Origin: Macrostomum lignano
Lineage: Eukaryota
Assembly: GCA_002269645.1 (NCBI GenBank)
Contig: NIVC01000261.1
Coordinates: forward strand, 124,001-188,000
Length of the DNA: 64,000 nucleotides
Reading direction: 5' to 3'
This document shows positions 1 to 11,840 of the stretch, piece after piece. The notes beneath the pieces were generated by a model that saw nothing but the letters and a program-made list of their open reading frames with translations, did not search any database and had not been told where the DNA came from. Made by a program: the position numbers and the translations under genes. Numbering within the stretch: the first letter of the stretch is position 1; each line of letters opens with the position of its first letter.

Positions 1-56
1 CTAGCGAAATCGAACCCAGGTCGCGCCCATACTAGGCCACTACACGGTTTGGGGGT

Positions 57-250
57 ATAGGGAGCGAGAAGTTTTAACCCTGATGCTGACGCAGCCCTGT
101 ACAGTGAGCGTGTACGGGCAGAGAGGGGTGGGGCGGACAGAGAACCAGCCACTAGGTTGTTATACTGTTGAAGCATAGGGAGCGAGAAGTTTTAACCCGA
201 TGCTGACGCAGCCCTGTACAGTGAGCGTGTACGGGCAGAGGGTGGGTGGA
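57..250 (+). repeat. About 76-bp direct duplication (118-bp spacing) near the outer end of the arm
   Basis: atagggagcgagaagttttaaccc...gtacgggcagag begins at 57 and at 175; mirrored at about 7330-7520 and 15035-15227. Confidence 0.9.
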
Positions 251-2448
251 AAGAGATGTGAATAACACAGCCTGCTGCAGGAGCCGGATAGAGAGGCGCA
301 TGCTAGGACAGAGAGACAGTGTGAGTCACACACACCCCCACAGAGAGAGCCGTACAGAGGATAGAGAGCTCCCTCCCCAGTTGCAGGGGACAGAGAGGCA
401 GGCAGGGTATGCAGGGGCATGCGAACAGTCAAGGGGCCACGCGAGGATAGAGTGGAGGAGCAGAGATGTGTATGGACAGAGAGCAGGCCACGCGTGCGTA
501 GTGTGAGGGAACAGAAACATATGGAGCAGGAGGGAGATAGGAAGCAAACGCGCAGGGTAAGGGAGCCACACAGGGCGGTACAGTGAGACACGGGCAGGGG
601 TGGAGCCGTGCGTGGACAGAGCTGAACGGCATGGTCAGCTGCAGGAATAGGATGATAGAGAGGCGCGGATAGGAGGGACAGAGAGCAGTGTGCAGGGGTA
701 GGCAGCCACGCGGGCAGGGGAACAGAGGCGCGTGTAGCCAGTTGCAGCCCGGGACAGAGAAGTGTGAAGGGGGCCTGGGACAGAGTTCCGAGCAAGGCAC
801 AGAGAGGTAGGGTCCGGTAGCCATGTATAGACAGGGACCCACGCGAGGGCAGGACAGGGGAGTAGACATGCAAGTTGCATGCAAGGCCAGAGAGGTGTGC
901 GCGGAGGGAGACAGAGAGCAGTGTGTAGGGGTAGGTAACAGCAAACTTTAGTAGAGGTGCGTGCGGGGACGGAGAAACCAGTCTGAGCGTACAGAGACGT
1001 TACAGAGAGGTACACAAACAGAGAACAAAGCGAGCAGAGCACATGTGTAGGCGCAGAGACGTGAGGGAGAATCGACCAAAACACGCTATGTATTATCAAA
1101 AGTTGGTTTTAGTGCAGCATATTTAATAGCGGGTAGTATAATAGTATGTACATAGTAGGTATAATGGTAGTAATAATAGTAAGTATATTAGCCCAAAAGG
1201 TAGGCTAAAACAGGCTAAACTGTGTGTACGCATCCTCATCACCCCACAAGCCCCTCTCCCGCCAGACTCACTCTTCCAAACCCTCCTGTATTGCTGTATG
1301 AAGGAAAATATAGTGTAAAAATACAGATCTTAACCGTCAGACCGCTGAAATCAGGGCACACTAGAGGGGGTTTCGGGGTCTGCATGCTCTATGTAAGCTG
1401 CTTGAGGAGGTTCCAAGGGCGTTGTGAGGGTTTCCATTATGTTTTGAAAAAAAACTAGGGGCTTAAATACAACGTTTTATTCAAAAAGTAGGTTATTTTA
1501 ATGAAATAGCTGACACAATCATTGTCGAGAGTAGAAATTTTTATAAGAAACCAGGCATTTTAGCAAAAATAAACCTTCAAACCACATAAAATTGAATAAA
1601 AAGCAGACATTTTTAATTATAAACCGCAAGTATTTTAATAGAAAAGTAAGCAAACAAGGCACAAAACCAGCAAATTTTACCTTTTTCATTTTAATGTTAC
1701 TGATAAGGTAGAGAGTAGAAACTTGTGAGCTGTACGGAGTTAGAAAGTATTAACCAATATGTATCGTATGAATTATTAGTTCAGTACCAGCCATTGGTCA
1801 AGCGAGCATTTATGAAGTTATTACGAGTGATGAGGGATAGAGAGCTATATACAGGAAGACAGTATCCTTCTAAACCACCACGAACAGATTGCTAATAGAG
1901 ATAAGCTTTGTCGGTAGGCAGTATGAGTAAGCGAAGGCGGGGTAAATACTTTTCCACATGCCAGACAGAACAGTATTGTGCTAGGATTTCTCTCGAAATC
2001 GCGGTACGTTATTAGTTTTTATCACACCATCCAGATGCGTCAACTGGTCAACAGTAGTCATTTATATGTTATTAGACCTTACAAACCCAGGTCAGGTAAA
2101 TATTACAAAGAGTATATTGCGTACACACGCCAACTCCGAATACCAAGCCATACTAGTCTACTTGCAGTGCTCCTGGAGGGACGGTCAAGAGTTACACACC
2201 AAGAATGCATTCACACAAAGAGTACACCACTCGAGCCCCGTCCATGCGCCCTGATATGTATGACGCAGGCAACCCTCCCGACATGTATGCCGCAGGCGAC
2301 CCTCCCGACATGTACCCAACATGTATGTCGCAGGCGACCCTACCGACATGTACCCCGACATGTACACCCTACCATATGGCACTCGAGCCACAGGTGCCAA
2401 GCGGCCCCCTGAAATGTACGCCGCGGGCGCCCCCCTCCCGAGCCGAAG

Positions 2449-2600
2449 GTACACTCTTCCAATATGAGTGTACACTCTCCCAATACAAGTGTACACTCTC
2501 CCAATACAAGTGTACACTCTCCCAATACAAGTGTACACTCTCCCAATACAAGTGTACACTCTCCCAATATGAGTGTACACTCTCCCGATATGAGTGTACA
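2449..2600 (+). repeat. 21-bp minisatellite (gtgtacactctcccaatacaa) in each arm
   Basis: About 7 units; also at about 4977-5128 (reverse), 10160-10311 and 12683-12834 (reverse). Confidence 0.9.
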
Positions 2601-3894
2601 TCGATTTGTAGTCAACAATACCTATTAACACAAAATTAGGCTAGTGAAAACTACTTATAGTAGGTGAAATTGCGTATATTTACGTAAAAAGTAAGCAAAA
2701 CACATATTAATCACATCAGTAGGTGTAAATATCAGGGCATAATGCATATTACGAAACATATAGGTGTACGGACATATAGAATTAAGCATATGGGCAGCAA
2801 AAAACACACAATGTAGGTGCATTTTATCGATATTTTGGCAGAAAAGTAGGTGAAATAGACAAAATAGTAGGTATAACACACAGAACCTACTCATTAGTGT
2901 AGTAGGCGCTTGTAGATGCTAGTATATTGTAAAACATAGGTTGAAATACACATACGCACAGTAGATACAAGTATAATGCAGGTGCATATGCACACACTGT
3001 AGATTCGAATTATGTAGATGCATAGGCTAAAATACACACATCGTAGAGACAGAAGCAGGCATAATGCAGGAAAATTATGATACATATTAGTGCGTAAAGT
3101 ATCATATTATGACACGCTGTAGCACATATTGACATAATGCAGGGGAAAATATTGACAGAAATAGTACACAATTGTAGAGGTAACAACCCGCCAACTAGTA
3201 AGGGCATCCAGCACTTGTTCAGGTTTTTATTATTTCGAGACGAGTGTCATGCCCCCGCAAGAGATCTTATCAGAAATTTGTTGAACTCCACTGCAACTCT
3301 CCCAGAGCCTCCAAATGCGAGTTTTTAACCCAGGGTCGAGTACAAAGGACCCGCCCACTCTTAACCCCAAGGGGTGATCCTAGCGGAGACCAAGTACAAT
3401 GCGGACGGAGAGGGATAACAGAAAGCGCTGCACTGCACCAGACCGTGGGGCTGCATTCCTCCCCGAGGTAGGCGCGTCAGCTCCCACTCCTCATTTAACC
3501 ATCAAGTAAACTAAAGAAGTCAAGCAGAAAGCCTTACTATCACCCGCAGCCAGCACAAGTAAGAGTACTTTCCACTAGAGAGCTATAGTGCAAGATTCGC
3601 GAGCCAAGTTGAAGCACACCAAATTACACTAAAGACATATGTATTAAAAAGCATACAGGCACCTCTACAAAAACACAGTATGTACCGATTAAAGTTGCTT
3701 TTGGTGCAGTGTATTTAATAAAAAGCAGGTACCTAACACAAAAGTAGGCATCAATGCAGTGCACGGACTAAACTGTATTTACAAACGCAGGGCAACGAAC
3801 TACACACAATGTAGCGCATAGACATAATTGTACGCATAAATGTACGCAATTTCCGGTATATAGGACCACATGTACGCAAATGTACACAATGTAC

Positions 3895-3902
3895 ACAAAC
3901 AA

Positions 3903-3934
<32 letters not shown>

Positions 3935-3948
3935 ACACACACACACAT

Positions 3949-3981
<33 letters not shown>

Positions 3982-4091
3982 CACAAACACACACGCACCC
4001 TCAGGCGTATTCACAGCAAGAGCTTCCTGCCGATGGCGCCATCGCCTGCGGCGATCGGCACTGCAGGATGCGCTCTGCAGGATACGCCTGA

Positions 4092-4132
<41 letters not shown>
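3895..4132. repeat. (CA)n ... (TG)n flanked hairpin in the palindrome spacer
   Basis: acacacgcac-c-ctcaggcgtat (to 4010) pairs with atacgcctgag-t-gtgcgtgtgt (4082-4103) with one mismatch, extended by the CA and TG tracts. Second copy at about 11608-11839. Confidence 0.85.
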
Positions 4133-4133
<1 letters not shown>

Positions 4134-7100
4134 TCTGGTGCAGTGCAGCGCTTTCTGTTATCCCTCTCCGTCCGCATTGTACTTGGTCTCCGCTAGGATC
4201 ACCCCTTGGGGTTAAGAGTGGGCGGGTCCTTTGTACTCGACCCTGGGTTAAAAACTCGCATTTGGAGGCTCTGGGGAGAGTTGCAGTGGAGTTCAACAAA
4301 TTTCTGATAAGATCTCTTGCGGGGGCATGACACTCGTCTCGAAATAATAAAAACCTGAACAAGTGCTGGATGCCCTTACTAGTTGGCGGGTTGTTACCTC
4401 TACAATTGTGTACTATTTCTGTCAATATTTTCCCCTGCATTATGTCAATATGTGCTACAGCGTGTCATAATATGATACTTTACGCACTAATATGTATCAT
4501 AATTTTCCTGCATTATGCCTGCTTCTGTCTCTACGATGTGTGTATTTTAGCCTATGCATCTACATAATTCGAATCTACAGTGTGTGCATATGCACCTGCA
4601 TTATACTTGTATCTACTGTGCGTATGTGTATTTCAACCTATGTTTTACAATATACTAGCATCTACAAGCGCCTACTACACTAATGAGTAGGTTCTGTGTG
4701 TTATACCTACTATTTTGTCTATTTCACCTACTTTTCTGCCAAAATATCGATAAAATGCACCTACATTGTGTGTTTTTTGCTGCCCATATGCTTAATTCTA
4801 TATGTCCGTACACCTATATGTTTCGTAATATGCATTATGCCCTGATATTTACACCTACTGATGTGATTAATATGTGTTTTGCTTACTTTTTACGTAAATA
4901 TACGCAATTTCACCTACTATAAGTAGTTTTCACTAGCCTAATTTTGTGTTAATAGGTATTGTTGACTACAAATCGATGTACACTCATATCGGGAGAGTGT
5001 ACACTCATATTGGGAGAGTGTAAACTTGTATTGGGAGAGTGTACACTTGTATTGGGAGAGTGTACACTTGTATTGGGAGAGTGTACACTTGTATTGGGAG
5101 AGTGTACACTCATATTGGAAGAGTGTACCTTCGGCTCGGGAGGGGGGCGCCCGCGGCGTACATTTCAGGGGGCCGCTTGGCACCTGTGGCTCGAGTGCCA
5201 TATGGTAGGGTGTACATGTCGGGGTACATGTCGGTAGGGTCGCCTGCGACATACATGTTGGGTACATGTCGGGAGGGTCGCCTGCGGCATACATGTCGGG
5301 AGGGTTGCCTGCGTCATACATATCAGGGCGCATGGACGGGGCTCGAGTGGTGTACTCTTTGTGTGAATGCATTCTTGGTGTGTAACTCTTGACCGTCCCT
5401 CCAGGAGCACTGCAAGTAGACTAGTATGGCTTGGTATTCGGAGTTGGCGTGTGTACGCAATATACTCTTTGTAATATTTACCTGACCTGGGTTTGTAAGG
5501 TATAATAACATATAAATGACTACTGTTGACCAGTTGACGCATCTGGATGGTGTGATAAAAACTAATAACGTACCGCGATTTCGAGAGAAATCCTAGCACA
5601 ATACTGTTCTGTCTGGCATGTGGAAAAGTATTTACCCCGCCTTCGCTTACTCATACTGCCTACCGACAAAGCTTATCTCTATTAGCAATCTGTTCGTGGT
5701 GGTTTAGAAGGATACTGTCTTCCTGTATATAGCTCTCTATCCCTCATCACTCGTAATAACTTCATAAATGCTCGCTTGACCAATGGCTGGTACTGAACTA
5801 ATAATTCATACGATACATATTGGTTAATACTTTCTAACTCCGTACAGCTCACAAGTTTCTACTCTCTACCTTATCAGTAACATTAAAATGAAAAAGGTAA
5901 AATTTGCTGGTTTTGTGCCTTGTTTGCTTACTTTTCTATTAAAATACTTGCGGTTTATAATTAAAAATGTCTGCTTTTTATTCAATTTTATGTGGTTTGA
6001 AGGTTTATTTTTGCTAAAATGCCTGGTTTCTTATAAAAATTTCTACTCTCGACAATGATTGTGTCAGCTATTTCATTAAAATAACCTACTTTTTGAATAA
6101 AACGTTGTATTTAAGCCCCTAGTTTTTTTTCAAAACATAATGGAAACCCTCACAACGCCCTTGGAACCTCCTCAAGCAGCTTACATAGAGCATGCAGACC
6201 CCGAAACCCCTCTAGTGTGCCCTGATTTCAGCGGTCTGACGGTTAAGATCTGTATTTTTACACTATATTTTCCTTCATACAGCAATACAGGAGGGTTTGG
6301 AAGAGTGAGTCTGGCGGGAGAGGGGCTTGTGGGGTGATGAGGATGCGTACACACAGTTTAGCCTGTTTTAGCCTACCTTTTGGGCTAATATACTTACTAT
6401 TATTACTACCATTATACCTACTATGTACATACTATTATACTACCCGCTATTAAATATGCTGCACTAAAACCAACTTTTGATAATACATAGCGTGTTTTGG
6501 TCGATTCTCCCTCACGTCTCTGCGCCTACACATGTGCTCTGCTCGCTTTGTTCTCTGTTTGTGTACCTCTCTGTAACGTCTCTGTACGCTCAGACTGGTT
6601 TCTCCGTCCCCGCACGCACCTCTACTAAAGTTTGCTGTTACCTACCCCTACACACTGCTCTCTGTCTCCCTCCGCGCACACCTCTCTGGCCTTGCATGCA
6701 ACTTGCATGTCTACTCCCCTGTCCTGCCCTCGCGTGGGTCCCTGTCTATACATGGCTACCGGACCCTACCTCTCTGTGCCTTGCTCGGAACTCTGTCCCA
6801 GGCCCCCTTCACACTTCTCTGTCCCGGGCTGCAACTGGCTACACGCGCCTCTGTTCCCCTGCCCGCGTGGCTGCCTACCCCTGCACACTGCTTTCTGTCC
6901 CTCCTATCCGCGCCTCTCTATCATCCTATTCCTGCAGCTGACCATGCCGTTCAGCTCTGTCCACGCACGGCTCCACCCCTGCCCGTGTCTCACTGTACCG
7001 CCCTGTGTGGCTCCCTTACCCTGCGCGTTTGCTTCCTATCTCCCTCCTGCTCCATATGTTTCTGTTCCCTCACACTACGCACGCGTGGCCTGCTCTCTGT

Positions 7101-8113
7101 CCATACACATCTCTGCTCCTCCACTCTATCCTCGCGTGGCCCCTTGACTGTTCGCATGCCCCTGCATACCCTGCCTGCCTCTCTGTCCCCTGCAACTGGG
7201 GAGGGAGCTCTCTATCCTCTGTACGGCTCTCTCTGTGGGGGTGTGTGTGACTCACACTGTCTCTCTGTCCTAGCATGCGCCTCTCTATCCGGCTCCTGCA
7301 GCAGGCTGTGTTATTCACATCTCTTTCCACCCACCCTCTGCCCGTACACGCTCACTGTACAGGGCTGCGTCAGCATCGGGGTTAAAACTTCTCGCTCCCT
7401 ATGCTTCAACAGTATAACAACCTAGTGGCTGGTTCTCTGTCCGCCCCACCCCTCTCTGCCCGTACACGCTCACTGTACAGGGCTGCGTCAGCATCAGGGT
7501 TAAAACTTCTCGCTCCCTATACCCCCAAACCGTGTAGTGGCCTAGTATGGGCGCGACCTGGGTTCGATTTCGCTAGTTGAGATGTGGCTGAGAGAGGGGA
7601 AGAGGCTAGGTGGGGGCAGGGCGTGAGGTATAGGGTGCCTGCGGGTACGTATCGTTGACTACATATCGGGAGAGTGTACACCTGTATTGGGCGAGTGTAC
7701 ACCCATATCGGGAGAGTGGGAGAGTGTACATATCGGGAGAGTGTACCTTTGGCTCGGGAGAGTGTACATTTGGCTCGGGAGAGTGTACCTTTGGCTCGGG
7801 AGAGTGTACACTCGGGGTGCCTGCGGTTTGGGGCGCCTGCGGCATGGGCGCCTGCTGCTCTGGAGGGAGGGCATACATATCGGGAGGGAGGGCATACATA
7901 TCGGGGTACATATCGGGAGGGTGGGCATGTCGGTACATGTCGGGAGGGTGCGCCTGCGGCATGGGCGCCTGATTGGCCAGCCAATGAGAGGCGAGGAGGG
8001 TTGACACCCACCCCACCTCCAAAAAGGGCGGATCTACCGGCCCATAGTAGTGTTAGCATTTATTTTGGCGCGGCAGGCACTTATTTTAATGCGGCAGGCA
8101 CTTATTTTAGTGC

Positions 8114-11100
8114 GGCAGGGTATGCAGGGGCATGCGAACAGTCAAGGGGCCACGCGAGGATAGAGTGGAGGAGCAGAGATGTGTATGGACAGAGAGCAGG
8201 CCACGCGTGCGTAGTGTGAGGGAACAGAAACATATGGAGCAGGAGGGAGATAGGAAGCAAACGCGCAGGGTAAGGGAGCCACACAGGGCGGTACAGTGAG
8301 ACACGGGCAGGGGTGGAGCCGTGCGTGGACAGAGCTGAACGGCATGGTCAGCTGCAGGAATAGGATGATAGAGAGGCGCGGATAGGAGGGACAGAGAGCA
8401 GTGTGCAGGGGTAGGCAGCCACGCGGCAGGGGAACAGAGGCGCGTGTAGCCAGTTGCAGCCCGGGACAGAGAAGTGTGAAGGGGGCCTGGGACAGAGTTC
8501 CGAGCAAGGCACAGAGAGGTAGGGTCCGGTAGCCATGTATAGACAGGGACCCACGCGAGGGCAGGACAGGGGAGTAGACATGCAAGTTGCATGCAAGGCC
8601 AGAGAGGTGTGCGCGGAGGGAGACAGAGAGCAGTGTGTAGGGGTAGGTAACAGCAAACTTTAGTAGAGGTGCGTGCGGGGACGGAGAAACCAGTCTGAGC
8701 GTACAGAGACGTTACAGAGAGGTACACAAACAGAGAACAAAGCGAGCAGAGCACATGTGTAGGCGCAGAGACGTGAGGGAGAATCGACCAAAACACGCTA
8801 TGTATTATCAAAAGTTGGTTTTAGTGCAGCATATTTAATAGCGGGTAGTATAATAGTATGTACATAGTAGGTATAATGGTAGTAATAATAGTAAGTATAT
8901 TAGCCCAAAAGGTAGGCTAAAACAGGCTAAACTGTGTGTACGCATCCTCATCACCCCACAAGCCCCTCTCCCGCCAGACTCACTCTTCCAAACCCTCCTG
9001 TATTGCTGTATGAAGGAAAATATAGTGTAAAAATACAGATCTTAACCGTCAGACCGCTGAAATCAGGGCACACTAGAGGGGGTTTCGGGGTCTGCATGCT
9101 CTATGTAAGCTGCTTGAGGAGGTTCCAAGGGCGTTGTGAGGGTTTCCATTATGTTTTGAAAAAAAACTAGGGGCTTAAATACAACGTTTTATTCAAAAAG
9201 TAGGTTATTTTAATGAAATAGCTGACACAATCATTGTCGAGAGTAGAAATTTTTATAAGAAACCAGGCATTTTAGCAAAAATAAACCTTCAAACCACATA
9301 AAATTGAATAAAAAGCAGACATTTTTAATTATAAACCGCAAGTATTTTAATAGAAAAGTAAGCAAACAAGGCACAAAACCAGCAAATTTTACCTTTTTCA
9401 TTTTAATGTTACTGATAAGGTAGAGAGTAGAAACTTGTGAGCTGTACGGAGTTAGAAAGTATTAACCAATATGTATCGTATGAATTATTAGTTCAGTACC
9501 AGCCATTGGTCAAGCGAGCATTTATGAAGTTATTACGAGTGATGAGGGATAGAGAGCTATATACAGGAAGACAGTATCCTTCTAAACCACCACGAACAGA
9601 TTGCTAATAGAGATAAGCTTTGTCGGTAGGCAGTATGAGTAAGCGAAGGCGGGGTAAATACTTTTCCACATGCCAGACAGAACAGTATTGTGCTAGGATT
9701 TCTCTCGAAATCGCGGTACGTTATTAGTTTTTATCACACCATCCAGATGCGTCAACTGGTCAACAGTAGTCATTTATATGTTATTAGACCTTACAAACCC
9801 AGGTCAGGTAAATATTACAAAGAGTATATTGCGTACACACGCCAACTCCGAATACCAAGCCATACTAGTCTACTTGCAGTGCTCCTGGAGGGACGGTCAA
9901 GAGTTACACACCAAGAATGCATTCACACAAAGAGTACACCACTCGAGCCCCGTCCATGCGCCCTGATATGTATGACGCAGGCAACCCTCCCGACATGTAT
10001 GCCGCAGGCGACCCTCCCGACATGTACCCAACATGTATGTCGCAGGCGACCCTACCGACATGTACCCCGACATGTACACCCTACCATATGGCACTCGAGC
10101 CACAGGTGCCAAGCGGCCCCCTGAAATGTACGCCGCGGGCGCCCCCCTCCGAGCCGAAGGTACACTCTTCCAATATGAGTGTACACTCTCCCAATACAAG
10201 TGTACACTCTCCCAATACAAGTGTACACTCTCCCAATACAAGTGTACACTCTCCCAATACAAGTGTACACTCTCCCAATATGAGTGTACACTCTCCCGAT
10301 ATGAGTGTACATCGATTTGTAGTCAACAATACCTATTAACACAAAATTAGGCTAGTGAAAACTACTTATAGTAGGTGAAATTGCGTATATTTACGTAAAA
10401 AGTAAGCAAAACACATATTAATCACATCAGTAGGTGTAAATATCAGGGCATAATGCATATTACGAAACATATAGGTGTACGGACATATAGAATTAAGCAT
10501 ATGGGCAGCAAAAAACACACAATGTAGGTGCATTTTATCGATATTTTGGCAGAAAAGTAGGTGAAATAGACAAAATAGTAGGTATAACACACAGAACCTA
10601 CTCATTAGTGTAGTAGGCGCTTGTAGATGCTAGTATATTGTAAAACATAGGTTGAAATACACATACGCACAGTAGATACAAGTATAATGCAGGTGCATAT
10701 GCACACACTGTAGATTCGAATTATGTAGATGCATAGGCTAAAATACACACATCGTAGAGACAGAAGCAGGCATAATGCAGGAAAATTATGATACATATTA
10801 GTGCGTAAAGTATCATATTATGACACGCTGTAGCACATATTGACATAATGCAGGGGAAAATATTGACAGAAATAGTACACAATTGTAGAGGTAACAACCC
10901 GCCAACTAGTAAGGGCATCCAGCACTTGTTCAGGTTTTTATTATTTCGAGACGAGTGTCATGCCCCCGCAAGAGATCTTATCAGAAATTTGTTGAACTCC
11001 ACTGCAACTCTCCCCAGAGCCTCCAAATGCGAGTTTTTAACCCAGGGTCGAGTACAAAGGACCCGCCCACTCTTAACCCCAAGGGGTGATCCTAGCGGAG

Positions 11101-11657
11101 ACCAAGTACAATGCGGACGGAGAGGGATAACAGAAAGCGCTGCACTGCACCAGACCGTGGGGCTGCATTCCTCCCCCGAGGTAGGCGCGTCAGCTCCCAC
11201 TCCTCATTTAACCATCAAGTAAACTAAAGAAGTCAAGCAGAAAGCCTTACTATCACCCGCAGCCAGCACAAGTAAGAGTACTTTCCACTAGAGAGCTATA
11301 GTGCAAGATTCGCGAGCCAAGTTGAAGCACACCAAATTACACTAAAGACATATGTATTAAAAAGCATACAGGCACCTCTACAAAAACACAGTATGTACCG
11401 ATTAAAGTTGCTTTTGGTGCAGTGTATTTAATAAAAAGCAGGTACCTAACACAAAAGTAGGCATCAATGCAGTGCACGGACTAAACTGTATTTACAAACG
11501 CAGGGCAACGAACTACACACAATGTAGCGCATAGACATAATTGTACGCATAAATGTACGCAATTTCCGGTATATAGGACCACATGTACGCAAATGTACAC
11601 AATGTACACAAACAAACACACACACACACACACACACATACACACACACACACACAT

Positions 11658-11690
<33 letters not shown>

Positions 11691-11800
11691 CACAAACACA
11701 CACGCACCCTCAGGCGTATTCACAGCAAGAGCTTCCTGCCGATGGCGCCATCGCCTGCGGCGATCGGCACTGCAGGATGCGCTCTGCAGGATACGCCTGA

Positions 11801-11840
<40 letters not shown>

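Larger units (their letters stand above)
1..7576. repeat. Large interrupted palindrome, copy 1: left arm 1-3444, spacer 3445-4131, right arm 4132-7576 (left arm may extend beyond the window start)
   Basis: Base 1 onward (ctagcgaaatcgaacccagg) is the reverse complement of ...cctgggttcgatttcgctag ending at 7576. ORF pairs mirror with coordinate sum about 7577 (2655-2894 vs 4683-4922; 1978-2412 vs 5165-5599; 3010-3207 vs 4370-4567). Confidence 0.97.

Noticed and set aside
7535-7576. tRNA-like A/B box pattern (tggcctagtatgg ... ggttcgatttc) and CTAG end at the outer arm boundary
   Set aside because: Boxes are only about 10 bp apart, the B box is imperfect, no cloverleaf forms, and no convincing Helitron hairpin precedes the CTAG; the match to base 1 may just reflect the window edge.
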